From Podarcis melisellensis (lineage: Eukaryota): a DNA stretch of 64,000 nucleotides. Location of the stretch: assembly GCA_964234715.1 (NCBI GenBank), contig OZ174283.1. One strand, given 5' to 3'. Made by a program: the position numbers and the translations under genes. The notes beneath the pieces are model-generated. The model saw nothing but the letters and a program-made list of their open reading frames with translations, made no database searches and had not been told where the DNA came from. This document shows positions 37,182 to 51,220 of this stretch, one piece after another; the stretch's first letter is position 1; every line of letters begins with the position of its first letter.

Positions 37182-38126
37182 CTACAAAAAGAAAGATAAA
37201 TGTTATAGTGGTGCAACACTGGTCCGCTTAGAACAGCAAGGCAGCTCTACTATCCCAAATACTGTAAAACAAGCAGCAAATTGTAGCCAGCTTTATACTT
37301 CAGGAGTCTATCTCAAATGCTACCAATCCTGGATTGCATACAGCTGTTCTGTCACTTGAGAGGGAAATACAGCAATATGCTCTATCACTGAGCTATGGCC
37401 CTTCCAGTTAGGTATGGAATATTTAGCTGATTCGTTAGTTAATCTACAACAAATATTTAATCAACTTAAATACGGCCCTGATTTATTGGCAGTGGGGATT
37501 TTATGTTAATTATTTTAAAACAGGAATTTACAAATGCAACAGGTGGCAGCATCACCTTTCAAACACATCCGGAAAGGCTTTTTTGAAGATGGTTCCATTG
37601 TAATATATATGTAGATTAAGAGGGCAATCCTGACCTCCTGGTATTGCCTGTTTGCAGAGGGGGTGTAATTAGGAAAAGGCCTAGGTATCTGTCCTTTGCT
37701 AGTGGAGATGGATAGACTGAGACTGTGGAGGCTCCCTACTATACCCTCAGAAAGCTTGGTGGATAGAAAGCTACCCCCATTTGGTGTTCTTGCTTGTGAT
37801 AGCAAACCTATGGCCACAGTGTGTGGAGCATTATGAGAATGGAACAGAATCAACTATGGATCTGCTGGATCCAAGGATGTTTTGTTTCCCTGTGAGGGAC
37901 TGAATTTAGGCTCTTCATCTATGCTAACCTGGAGCAGATGAAGCTAATTTCTCCAGTGCTTTTGGTGATGGTGGGGAGGGCATAGATACAAAATATAGTG
38001 ATCCACTGCGCTGAAAAGCCCAGCAAAAGTGCTCCCCTCAGCTTCCATTTTGGCTGCCATGTCCATCATTTAGCTCTCTCTCCCCTTTGCTCCTCCAGGA
38101 TTGCTCGGTTAATCAATAAATTTATT

Positions 38127-38159
38127 TGATCAGTTATTTGATCAGTTATTTGATCAGTT
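38127..38159. repeat. (TGATCAGTTATT) x about 3 short tandem repeat
   Basis: Directly visible. Confidence 0.8.
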
Positions 38160-38707
38160 CCCTGCTCAGCCATGAAACTCACTTCATAACCCTGGACCAG
38201 TCACTGTCTTTTATTCTTGGATTAAATGTTATTCTTAGTACTTACTACGCAAAGCGACTCCTTTTACAATAACTAAACCAAGAGGAGAACCAAATGATTC
38301 CATACCTAGGCTAGGATCATTTTGTCATTAACTTTGTCGAATTTATAAAAGAAAGAAAAAAAGGAAGAGCTCTTTATTTGATTTGTTGCCTTGGCAGGAT
38401 TACAGCAATGAAAATCTTCCCAAGCTAATTCTAAGGGATGAACACAAAACCCCGAGCTACTTCGTTTCCCTAACACACTCATTGTAACCTCTCTTATTTT
38501 TCTGTACTTCTTTAAAATGTTAATTTCTGTTAGAGAATTCCTTAAGTTTTCCCCACTGAAAAATGCACCAGCTGTATTGAATATAGTTATTTGGCTTAAA
38601 GTGCCCACTGGACCTTGGTATTTTATTATTGAATGGCACATATTATTATCTGACAGCAAAACAGCAAGATGTATGAAAATACAGCAAGGAGAGGAAGTTG
38701 GACATAC

Positions 38708-38774
38708 CAGGCTTGTGAACCATGTGTATTTGCTTGAACATCGTCTTATACCAATCCTTCGGCCTGTCAACTGT
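38708..38774 (-). CDS. SORBS2: SORBS2 exon, SoHo C-terminal part ([22 protein letters not shown])
   Basis: TAG|ACA and G|GTATGT; 67 nt; phase 0-1. Confidence 0.98.
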
Positions 38775-41700
38775 CTAAAAATGACAAAGTTTAAACAATT
38801 AGCAAGAAAACAACAACAAAGATTAAATTGGTTACACAAATTGGTTAAATTGGTTACACAATAGGTTGAATTAATGTACAATAGAGGTAACTAGGAGGGT
38901 CGTTTACTCCTTTGATGGGTCCTCATACTTAGCTGATAGGTGTATTAATAATACAAAAATAATAAAGTGATTTTTAAAATCACCTTATTTGTAGAAAAGA
39001 ACCTCAAAAGCAAGGAACAAACAATAATAAAATCTCAATTCAGTATGTAAACCTATTAAATCATCATTAAACTGCTCCAGAGTTGATAATGACCTTCTCT
39101 GCATGCCTTCTAGAATAAAAACCTCTCCAATAGGCACCAAAATTTCAAAAGTACTTGTCTGTTAGCCTCCCGAAGGGAGTTCCATACTAAAAGTCCAGGC
39201 CCATGTCACCACCCTGGGGACATGACTCCATAAGACATGGTTCTCCTGGTGACTGCAACGACTTTATCAGCATATAGGGAGCAAGACCAACTCTCAGATT
39301 GTGTTTGGCTTAATGGGTCATAGATGATATAGCTCTGTCTTTTACAGTACTGTTTAATGTCTCCTTCATTAGGAATGTTTGGATATGATTGGTATCTCAG
39401 TACTTCAAGGCACTGGATTGGATAACCTTCAGAACTGCTCCAAAGAAATAATTCTGTGGAAAATAATGGACTAGAAAACTAGGGATTGAATGAGCATTTG
39501 AAGCTGGGTTGCTTGAATACTCAAATGACTGGGAGCATAACATAGCCAACCTTGAGCTGAGTCCAGGATAACCTCTAAACTGTGCACCTGGTTGTGTAGG
39601 GGGTGGGTGGGTGGGTGGGAGTACAATCCTATCCAGCATTAGCCATATAACTCTATCCAGATCAGCAGATTTACAGGACTTACAGGACCTTTATGTTCAA
39701 CTCATTTGCCTTCATTCACCCCCAAACTGACTCCAAACCTCTGTTCAGGATTTCTACAGACTCTCTACAATGAGAGGTCATCAGCATACCAACGACTACT
39801 TAACTCTAACCTCCATATGATTTCTCCCCAGGGCTTCATGTCAGTGTGGGACTGAATGGAATCCTGTGGCACCTCGCAGGCCAAAGACCATAGAGTGAAG
39901 TCCCCCAGTTCTGCTTTTTGTCCTCATCCCTTTGGAAAGGACTGGCTCTACCATAGCACTGCATCCTCAGGTCTCACTCTGGCCAGATGACCTGAGAAGG
40001 AGACTATGGTTGATGAGGACGATGACTGCCAAGAGGTCCAGGAGGACTAGTAGAGTTACATTTCCCCTTTGGCAGAAGTGTAAACAAGGTTGGAAAGGAT
40101 CCAAATATCCATGTTTCAGGTTCTGAACAGTAATCTACTCCATGGGTTGTTGAGAAAGCAACTCGGCTCACCCCTGCTTTATTCCAAGGAAAGGTTTCTT
40201 GTCTTGGGAGAATGGGGAACAGTAATGGCCAAACCAAGCCTTACCAAGTGTTCCAACTGGAAAACGAGTAAGTTCCTCAAGTGCTTTCAGGATCAGCTGG
40301 AGGGGGGGGATAACCCATCTTTATAGATAACTGTCTTTGTGAAGCATTAGTCCTTTCCTTTGTTTTCAGCAAGAAGGGCTAAATATAGTACAAATGATCT
40401 AGCACAACAGGTCATTGTAGGTGCTATTTCATGTGATTACATAGAGAAGGGTAGGGGGAAGCGCAGGACTGGATGACTGCTCCTACCTCAACATATATCA
40501 AGTCAAAATTGGTGCTTATGTGATTATCAGCCTGGTGCTACAGGGATCCCTGATCATCTGGGGATGCATCAGCTGTGAACATGCATGTTCTGAGGGAAGG
40601 GTCAGTGGGGTGCTCCAATGGTCAACAGGAATAGTCCTGCCATCCCTCCACACACAGACTAAGCACATGGAGGAATAGCCACCTTTTATTGGGGCTAAAT
40701 AAAGGAGGGATGGTGAGAATGCTCTACATGAAGATTCATCATTACTACAAAGGCAAGTAATTAAATTAGGCGTTAGCGTTATCCACCAATGCATGCAGTT
40801 TCAGTTGCACTGAAATGTATTCAATTGCTGGACATATTCCTTTGATGTAAAAGAATTAAGCACCACAATTATAAAATCAGACTGTAGCAACGATGTAAAA
40901 AAAGGTAGAGATGCAAGTATTGTTTGAGAGGCTTGAAGAAATAAATGCCGTGGAGTGATGATCAATGAGGAAATGCACAGCTAACGGAGGCATTTATTCT
41001 TCTCAGTGGAGAGTCTCCTCTTTGCCCTACATTCTGTTTAGCCTTTGTAACAATCCATAATCAAGCAATGCTTTGTGCAAACAGGCTTCTAATTTTCTCT
41101 GGGCAAAAGCCCACTTAAAAAACAGAAAAGCTAGCTACAGTATTCCAACACTGCTTAAGTCAAACAAATCCGGATGGACCGGATTTAGTTATTCACACAT
41201 AAATGAAAGGCCTCTTTGTCGTACAAATAATCAGAAGGTTGACCGTGAAGCAATTATAATGGATTGTTGGTTAAAAGTAAAACACACACAATCCAGTAGC
41301 TACACAAAACTTCTTGCAGCTCGATTCTTTTCTAGATAAGATCCTTTGTAGTGGTAGTCAAATCCATTGACAGCAAGCATCTTTTATTCTCTTTGTAGGC
41401 GCAGCCAATATACTCACCATTTACTCTTTTTTTTTTTTTAAAAAAAAAAAGCATTATAATTGGATACAGTGTAGGGTATTAAAAAAATTCTTATTACCAT
41501 ATCCTGGGAATCTTGTAAATGCTAGGCAGACAACTAAGCTGTGCATGGATGTAAGCTTATTTTGTTCCACTGAAAACAATATGGAAGAAAATAATCTTAA
41601 ATCCATCAGCTTAAAACGTAGGGAAACAGGCAATGCTTAGAACCAATGTTGAAGCTGGACACAATAGTGGATTCTAGTTTGCCATCAGTATATGTGCATG

Positions 41701-43847
41701 TGTGGCAATACTGCATTCAATTCTTTATCTTTCCATAGTGCTTAGCATCACATTGTGCTTCTCCCCATCTTAGCACCACGTTACTGGCTGCTGAAGAGGT
41801 GGGGTGTTATTTATCACTTGCCAGAATTCCTTCACTGTCAATGCGTCTAAGGGACATGTTGGTAACTTTGACGAACTTCAAATATTAATGGCTTTTCTGT
41901 GGAAGTTTCCATGGGGGAAACTGCAGGAAGACCTGTGTGGGATGAGGGCATTAACCTCTCTATTTTGATAAGGTTTGAATGAGCCCTTATATCTGGGGTT
42001 CTAGCTGACCTGAGCTCTGCAGTCCTACAAGTAAGTGTTTAACAAGCACCTTTTGCAAACACTCATACCAAGCCCTGGCAAAAGTTAAGTTTATTTTGGA
42101 AAGAGAAATTGGGTTGCTCATAAATTGGGTGACAGCATTTAAATATTCAATGGGTCAGTGGGGGAAAATCATAAGACAACAAGAAATGACATCAATTATG
42201 TTAACAGTAGCATTCATATTTTTTTTATGTCCACTATGTTCAACTGACAGTAAGCCTTTTCTATTCCTGAAAATTCATCATCTGTCTGTACAAGTAGCAT
42301 GGACGAAGCAAAATAAGACCTATTTACAAGAAAAACAGTTAATCTTGAAGTCTGCCACCTACAGACACAGCTTTAAGAAATCATACAGTGCAAGCTAGCT
42401 ACAAAACTGCCCATTTTGGGGAACAAGTGGATTAGAAACTCAGGTTGCATTTCTGCTGCACAAGGACGCTTTTTGCATGGTCATTCATGGCATCCTAAAG
42501 GATCACAACTTCTAAAAATACAGAGTAGTGCCAGTAAAAAAATGAAACAGTGCACACCAAAAGCCAGTTGCAAAACCACCTTAAACAGTGACGCATGCAA
42601 GCTGCAAAGATTACAAATTTGTACACTCATTCCTTCCCTGTAATGCATAATCCTATGATCTTGATAAAATGTCAGACAACACAGTTCTATTTTGATCTGA
42701 AGTCATGTATCCCTCTATTATCCGCACATCATATCCTAATATTTCACATTCAGTGTTCTATACTTTCCAAAGACCTCTACATACAAAAGCTGCTTCTAAA
42801 TCCGAAATGATTGACTTGCATAAATTTTTGGTTCCCATTATTTTAGTACATTGCAGCTAACTGAACGCTGCAAAGTTTGCTTGTCTATCTTGCTCAATAT
42901 GCAGAAAACTATCATGTATTACATTAAAATAATTGAGTATCTGTAACTATACTTGGAATACATTTTAATGAGTCGTTGGCCAAAAACTAAAGAAATGACA
43001 TAATACACATTCTCATATATGATATGGATTTTTTTAAAGAAACGAAACATAAAAATTTACATAGCCAAAATTCTGGAGTCTTTCTAAGATGACTCAGTAT
43101 CTGAAACTGGGTGTATAACATGAATGTAGATATCTTTATCTTAATTTTCAATTTACTTAGCACTCCAGCTCTTTGGAGTATTGTAAAATGACCAACAGTT
43201 AACACAGAGAATAAAAACGACAATGATGTAATGCACTATAGGGCACCGATAGCTGTCTAAGCTGCACCTTGTAGATTTACCTTGAAGAACTAGTTACTCA
43301 AGGTTGAAAATTTGGTTTTCTATGTCAGAGGCTGACAGTGAGCTTAATTGCTGTAAGCTCTTGGAAAGTGACCAGGGTTCTTAAATGGGCAGGCATTACA
43401 TGCTGCAAAAATATGCATTTCCAAACTCTTGGCTGAAAGATATCTTTGTTCAAAAACTGGCTCAGTATACAGTAGACATCTTTACTATACTGCCGAAACC
43501 TCCCTTTACTGCAGCTGAGCTTTGCTTTACAAAGAAGCTAGATTTCTCACTTCACACTTTACTACAGAGACAAGCAAGCTTACAATATTTATGTTCCTAC
43601 AAATGGACAGAATGAAATCTAAGGAAAAGCTTAATATCTGAATAGACACTGTCCTTCCCAATAAAGAGCAAATTCCACATTCTGGTTTTCCTAAGGATAC
43701 CTTTAAACAATTTTTGGTAGTTGGCATTTTGCATCTGAAGTGTGCACAAGTGCATCTTCTGCAGCTGCCACCTTTAAAATATATGGAAGGAAGACCCATC
43801 TCCAGTTTATAGGTTTCCCTTGGCCAAGATGCCTTCCATGGTGCCAC

Positions 43848-44014
43848 CATAGGAGCCAACTCTTAGGGGCTGAGGTCCATTTGGGGCCCCCCTGCAAAGT
43901 TGATGGGCTTTACCATTCAAATGGTATCTGTGTGCGCTCCATGACTTGTGATCAATTACGCGGAGTGGGGCTTCCCTGCCCCCCCCCAATATTATATTCA
44001 AGTTGACACTCCTG
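43848..44014. mobile_element. hAT-type MITE
   Basis: Ends cataggagccaact / agttgacactcctg; 8-bp TSD ggtgccac/gatgccac. Confidence 0.7.
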
Positions 44015-44654
44015 GATGCCACTGAGTAGGAATTGCTTCCTTGCTGCAATCTACACTACCCAACAGCTCGGCTTCTTGGTCTATGCCAATCTGTACTCAG
44101 CTTAGAATGAATGAACAGAGACCAATGAATACACTGCCAATGCAAAATTAAAAGGCAGAATAAAAAATTGGGAAAGTCATTTCCCCCCATCAGTGATGCC
44201 ATGGACACTCTCCAGTAGGAATCTGAGGCTGTTGCAAAACAGTTTTACAAATGGCAATCTTAATGTCAATAAAGGAACAGCTTGATGGTGTTCAAAGCAA
44301 TCTTCCGCTGTGGTTGGAGTACCGAGTTCTGCCAAATAGGCACACAATCCGCTGGGAAGATCTCTGCATCCCTTCCAACATATTGTGTGCATATGTGTGT
44401 TCCTGTTGTAAATCATTTTTTTAAAAAAGAATGTCTACAGAATCTGAAAGTAGTTAATGGATTGCAACCAAATTATTTCTAGTGGGCAATGCATTTGATC
44501 CTCCAATTGTTAAGTGTCCACTACTTAAATGTTACCTTATCTACAATACTTTTTTTATAATACGCATATACAGCTGCTGGGAGGGATCATTAGACAATAT
44601 GGAGTGCAGTGTCAACAATATGCTGAGCACTCTCAGCTTTATTTTTCTTTCAAA

Positions 44655-44750
44655 CTGGATCTGGGAGCTGAAGTTAGGTGCTTGTGCAAATGTTACGGGC
44701 TGGATGAAGGAGAACTGCAGATGAATCCAGATAAGACAGAAGCGATTATA
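44655..44750 (+). mobile_element. L2-clade reverse transcriptase relic
   Basis: Frameshifted WMKEN...QMNPDKTE resembles the L2 RT C-terminal LNPDKTE motif. Confidence 0.5.
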
Positions 44751-46690
44751 TCCACTTGAACAGCTAGAAAACTGATCCACCATTGTCAATTATGGGTGGC
44801 TTTCAATGCTACTTTGTAAAGGCACATCTGACATCTGTGCACATTGGTATTCTATGATTCATTCAGACACATTGCTGGAATGTTAACAAGCATACCAATT
44901 TCCCAGCGAAGGTGCAAGCTCAGCAAACCACTTGAAAAGGAGAAAGTATATCAACTAGACAACTGGTGCCTGATTTAGGGCATATTTACACTGAATAGAT
45001 GAGCCAAATTGATTAGCCAAATTTCCTTTAAAAATCAAATCCCCTAATTTCCATTCTAATTGACAAGCAAAATATGAAATTTAAGTTAATCACAATAACT
45101 AATATGCTCTGCTGGCTTCAATGAAAGCGAGACAGTGACTGGCAGTGTGATCTTATGCACAGCTACAAAGAAGTAAGCTTCAATTGAGATCAGCAGTACT
45201 TACTCCTTGGTAAGTGTACCTAGAATTGCAGACTAACTCTGGCTGGATTGGTAACTCAGGCAGAAATGTGGTGTACACTTGATTATTTACCATCCCTCCT
45301 AAAAAGATGTGCATGATAATGCACACTTTTCTCTGTACTAAATTACAGAACACAGCAACAACAACAGTACCAAGCCCTGTTGAACTCAGCAAGATGTATG
45401 GACAAGTACAGTGATATATGATCCAATACAATTGCATCTGAAACACTTGTGCTGTTTTGCATGGATCTTAAGATGAATATGCAATCAGAAAAATTAAAAA
45501 AGTAACTCTAAACAGTCTGATGCTGCAGAGCATTAAGCACTCCACCTTATCTAGTTTGTGTTCCTGTGGTCACTTAACACATGCCTCTTTGTTTATATGA
45601 CATTCTGAGCAAACTATGTTGCTGCTATTCTATACATGCCTAATTGGGAATAGGTCCTATTGAGGTCAGTAGGACTTACTTCTGAATGAGCATACCTAGG
45701 ACGGCATTGTGCATGTCTTAAATCACATCAGCTTATAACATTTTATGCAATAATAGTTCTACAAGCTAAAAACATGTTTTTATATAGAAACAGCTATCCA
45801 AAAATGGGAGGAATTTCATAGCCAATCTTAAAGAGATCAAGAGAATCTGGAGGCTTAAATATATAGCTGGCAATGGGCCAGGCCCATTAAGTACAGTTGG
45901 GAGGATTTTAATTCATGCTCTTATATAACTAATAGCCATCTTATTTGATTAGTCTGTGATTCTTTTAAAAAGACACACACAGAGGGATCTGCCTCTGTGA
46001 AATGGGATGGAAATATCTTCAGAATTGTTATAGTGAGAGTTAGTCATTAAAAAAAAAAAAACTTTACATGACTTAGCTAGATCTCAACCATAGTAAAAGG
46101 AAGCAAGAACTGATTGAGCTTCTCCCCTCCCTTTTTTTTAAAAAAAAGCCACAGTCTTACCACTTAGTCAGAGCAAAATCTTTCCCTATCACTTTTTCTC
46201 CATCAATTCCATTTCTCTCTCTCACCCCACCCTGTTCCCCTCTCCACTGAATCTGTTCCTGGCAACACCACATCCCCGTATGTTGGTCTTGGCTGGCAAA
46301 GTATACCCACAGCTGCTATATCCTTGCACCTCCCAAAGAGTTCACCTGCAAGGGCTCTGCTGCCTTCATCCTGGCTCCTAGTCGTTTCATTCAGCCAGAG
46401 CAGCAGCAGCAGCAAGAACTCCTTCAGACCGGCAAACAGTTCCTTCCCTACAAGAGCTGCAGCTGCTACTGCTGCCGCCTGGACCGGCCAGAAGGGGATG
46501 CCGGGGCAGCAGCGTGGAAAGAATGCTTCAGCATAGCTAAAAACAAAACACTTCAGTGTGGCATCCTGAAAGCACTCAAGCACTAACTAGTGGCAAGCTG
46601 TCAAAGCTGACCCAAGAGCTTTTTCCACCCGCTCAGTAAAGGAGAGCTAGTTCTGCACTAGGCTTCCTGGTGATAATGGTTAAATAAATG

Positions 46691-46692
<2 letters not shown>

Positions 46693-46724
<32 letters not shown>
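46693..46724. repeat. (TG)n microsatellite
   Basis: Directly visible. Confidence 0.95.
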
Positions 46725-46727
<3 letters not shown>

Positions 46728-47158
46728 TGTACATTAATTCATTCATCTTATAACTGTTAACTCATGAATTCAAGGAAGGATTAGGCATGCATGGACATCT
46801 TGATAAAAGTTACAAAATGCACCAAACTTTAGGAAACTTTTCAAAGGCAAAATAAACAAAAGAAGGAAAGGTGGAGCAAAGGAAAGGAAAACAAAACACA
46901 GAGAAAGCGGCAGATCTTCTGACAACTTTACAATGAAAAGTAAAAAAAAAGTCAAGGCTCTCCAATTATACACCACCAGCCTCCCCCTTTCCCCACTACT
47001 CACAGAATTATAATCACGAGTCCCCTGATTATGCACATTCTATTACACATTATATAAGCCTAGAAGAATGTGAAAAAGCCATTACCAACAATCAATTCAT
47101 TGTACGACGTGTTCATGCACTCACACACACAGAGCCACACTCACTCAACATTTCCTAC

Positions 47159-47334
47159 CGTTCTAATTGCAGTTGGGATTCCTGATTCATCGACTGGGCC
47201 AATCCCTGCATAATGTGGTGCTTTAATGACTGTGACTTTCTTCTCTTCCTCCGAAGTTCTGCAGATTGGTATTGTGCTGGTGGTACTGCTGCCGCCAACA
47301 GAATGAGCATGCTGTGAGTATGTCTCTGCGGATT
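47159..47334 (-). CDS. SORBS2: SORBS2 exon, SoHo N-terminal part (ESAETYSQH...[27 protein letters not shown])
   Basis: TAG|AA and ACG|GTAGGA; 176 nt; phase 1-0. Confidence 0.98.
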
Positions 47335-47834
47335 CTACAAAGATAATGTTAACACAGCGCTGTATAACCATTTAATTAACATGCTTCACCTCCATTATCA
47401 GACTAGGCACTTTAAATGTGGCAAACTGACACAGGATTAGGAAGATGTTTCATGATACTAGATATTGGATGAATTGGAGTTGGGCCTCTGTGCTCAGGGG
47501 GACTCAAACTCTGTAGCACACCACACACTCTATTTCTTTCTAGAAGGTTCCAGCTGTGTAGTGCCTAGTTATTTTTTTAGAATCTTTAGAAACAAATTAC
47601 TTTTTGACCAACCTCATTCCACCCTTTCCTTTCCCCTGCTATTTTAAAAGGGGCAAACATTTATTTCTGCTATATTATGAGTTCAATTATTGGGAACTTA
47701 TTGTTCAGATGATAACAAGAGGCAGCACCTATATTTTTGCAGTGTCCCTCACATGCCCCCATAAAATGCCCTGGGATGACAATGATTCTGGGTAATTTAG
47801 GGGTTAAGAAAATGGTGGCTGGGTCACTGACAGC

Positions 47835-48116
47835 CACTGGCACCAACTCCAGGGGGCCCTGGGTGCCTGGACACCTGCAAACTTTTCACTGTGGGTGCCT
47901 GGCCTGCGGCACTGACAGGGCCAGGGTCTCGCCCTCTGTTGCAGGGCTTCTGTCGGGGCCTGCTGTGGGCGTGGACATGCACACGCTCTGCCGCCACTGC
48001 GGAAGCACAGAAGCGGCACCAGAAGGCAGCTGTGGCACACAGAGCAATGTGACAGCTTCACGTTGCGGCACACAGTGCTAAGTACCCACGGGCTGGGACC
48101 CAAATCAGCACCTCTG
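47835..48116. mobile_element. GC-rich hAT-type MITE
   Basis: CpG-decayed TIRs cactggcaccaact / aatcagcacctctg; 8-bp TSD ctgacagc/ctgccagc. Confidence 0.65.
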
Positions 48117-48376
48117 CTGCCAGCAAAGCTATGATGCTTCTACTGCTGCTGCCAGCAATATAAAAGTGACACATACACACACACACCCCTGCCACCATAG
48201 CTTAAGAAAATGTTTTTATGTTGCACACTTTATCCCCTGCAGAAATCAGAGCAATATCCTCCAGATTCATGGCTTACAAAGGGAGCAGTGTCATTCAGAG
48301 GGACATTTCATTATTCAGTGTACACCATTTAATTTTTTAAAATAAATGCATGTTGTTTGTTTATGTGGGAACTCAC

Positions 48377-48518
48377 CCATTGTTCTGCTCTGTTGCAGGA
48401 GAACCAGGCTTGAATTGAGCGAGACTGGTGGGGAATATCCTGAAGGGGAAAAAGGCCTTTGAAAGTGGCTCATGGGACTGGTTGCTGAACTAGAGTTCCC
48501 ATTCACTGTTATCTGAGC
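48377..48518 (-). CDS. SORBS2: SORBS2 exon ([37 protein letters not shown]...SRTM)
   Basis: CAG|GCT and G|GTGAGT; 142 nt; contains the Met equivalent to the human MSYYQRPFSP start. Confidence 0.97.
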
Positions 48519-51220
48519 CTGAGAGGTAGAAAAGAAACAAAGCAAAAATCAGATCCCAGTAAACTATTCGTAGAACTGTCCAAATCCTACCATCCATGTA
48601 CAAAAGGTGAAGAATGAATTGCTATCCCTCTAGCAAAGATACAGCTGTCAGATTCTTAGCTATAACAGTCTGTGTTCAGGATTATGTTCCCTATGCAACC
48701 CTGTTCTATTCCCCCTACAAAAAACAGCATGCTGGAATTATGGGAAGGCATCAAGAAAGTCCTAGGTCAAAGCAGTACAAAATGAAAGAGACAGTAAAAC
48801 TTGCACTTCCAATTTTCTCTTGAAGGCAATTTTCTCTTCCATTTCCAAGTGCTTAAATCTTATTGCCATTCACTTGAAGACAAAGAAAAAAGATGCCAGC
48901 AAGAAGAGCTGAAATCTCCTTCAAATATTGTGGCCAGAATCTGGATGCAAACTAGATGTGATGGTCAAGTTTAACCCACAGCATGTTCTAAAAATATAAT
49001 ACATGGCCAAAGTTATCCATTGTTATGTGGTTAACATTCTAGGCAATGAATTTTGTCACACATCTTGCCTTTTTTTTGGGGGGGGGGATAAGTCACTGCC
49101 AATATTGAGGCATGCTTTGATTTATTAAGATCACACAGGTGCTGTATTTTAAACCACTTAACATGCTGCTTTATATAATCAGAATAATGAGTAGCACTGA
49201 AGCTTTTTTTCAGTGCATGTCTACTCAGAAATCAATGGGGTTTGACTCATGTGTAAGTGTGTAGGGGATTGCAGCTTTAGAAACCAATGGCTATAGATGA
49301 AGAAACCTTACTTTGTGTGATGCATCAACTTTCTTTTCCTTAGCACTTCTGGTTGACTTGTAACCTTACGTATAGCAAGGAGGTCACATGCCTGAAGTCA
49401 TGCAAGCTTTCTAACCTTGTACCCATTTTCTTGGATTAAAATCCCACTGAGTTCAAGCATTCTGGTTAAGTATACCAAAGATTCCATTTACATTTGTCAA
49501 GTTAACCCTTACGGCATGATACTAGATTATAACGGCTTTTCATTCAGAAAAGTCTTTTAGAATCTACTGTTTTATTATCTTGCAATACAGTGACCTATAA
49601 AATATTAGGCATGTTCCAGCTTGTTTTAAGAGTGTGACCTGTATCTATAGGATGCTTCATTTGAAATTAACTAAGCAAGTTGCTGATTTTAACTGATGTA
49701 TGTATATATCACATGTATTAGACTTTTGAGTTATACATAAGGACATGTGTATTTAAACAGTTGGAGGGAAGTGACTTAAGAATAAAGAAAATGCATTCCT
49801 GGAAAAGAAAAGAAACAATACATTTTGTAGCAAGTGAATGTCAGAATATCCATAGTTTTATTCCTGGAAGACAAGAATGCTTAAGAGGGGAAATGTTAGT
49901 TGGAGAAAAAGCGAAAATCAGAAGCAAACTCATGCAGTCAGTGATCACTGCTAATGGAAGATAAGGTTGGGTTAAGTGCTGTACTAATCAAACACCTTAA
50001 AATCCATTTTTGAGGCATACATCATACATCATATTGGTCGCTCAGTAGTTTCTGACAGGTTTGTAGTCATACTAACATTCTGTTTGAGCATTCTATCTGC
50101 ATGTGCATTTATCTAACATCTTAAGATAGTTCTGCCTATATTCCAAATGTCACTTCCTTTTTAGCACAGTGAGACTGAAGAATAACCATTACAAGATTTG
50201 TTCAGGGCTTAATTTGAGCAAGAGTTTTCCAGAGCAAATCCCCAAAGAGAAGAGTCTGTTGCACTGCCAATGCTTGGCACTGGAACATAAGGAGCAGAGA
50301 TAAATGAGACAGCATCTCCAAGAATGTGCAAAGTACTTTCCCCTCGCTACTATGAGCTGCTTTGACTGTGGCACTGTTCCAACATGAACTGTGTGTGTCT
50401 TGTGCTTCTTGTTTCATTGCACCACCATTACAACCAAAAGACAACTTCTACAATTCTCACACTTCAGTGGGATCCATGCTCCCCGATAGACTGCATGTGC
50501 ATTTCTTAGGTAGGAAAGATCCAAATGGGGTGAGAGGATGTTGTGGAGAAACAAGGAACACAGGTGACTTGTGCTTCTTGTTCACCACACCACCACGCAC
50601 AAACCTACCTGTCTCCACAACATGCCTCTAAATTGATGGATCAGAACTTCTAGATAGAAGGTTAAAATTAAAACAGGTATCGTAAAAAATACTATTATAC
50701 CTCAACCTTAACTATGAATACTTTAATTATCTGTACTGTTACAAATTTTAAAAAATAAAATAATACTGTCATGTATTTTTAAAAATCCAGAATAAAACTA
50801 TAATTATTAAACACAATATAATTAAAAAGCAGTGCAGCAGATAAAATAAAGTTCAGCTTTTTTAAGGCCTGGGAAAATGAGGATAATAAATATTTATCTA
50901 AGAGCTGATACGTCCCTGGGGAAGAGTATTCCAAATACTACTTTATATGTAGCGAGTGATTCGGGAGCACTTCAGGCTTCTGACTAATTATCCAAGGAAG
51001 CTACCATCACATCTATCACAGGAAGCATCACTCCTCCAGAGTATTGGGATTATTGACCAGCAAATTTAGATTGGGTTCCCATTAAGGAACGTTATAGAAC
51101 CTGAGTAGGCCATTTCTAGCATGCTCATCGAGTAAAAGGGACAAGAACAAGGATTATCTCTTTTCCACTTTGACAGCCTGGTTGAACAAAATGGGAGGAG
51201 GAAAGAGGAAGGATAATTAC

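Noticed and set aside
38306-38881. 191-aa minus-strand ORF
   Set aside because: It crosses the true SoHo exon in the wrong frame; the remainder is intron.
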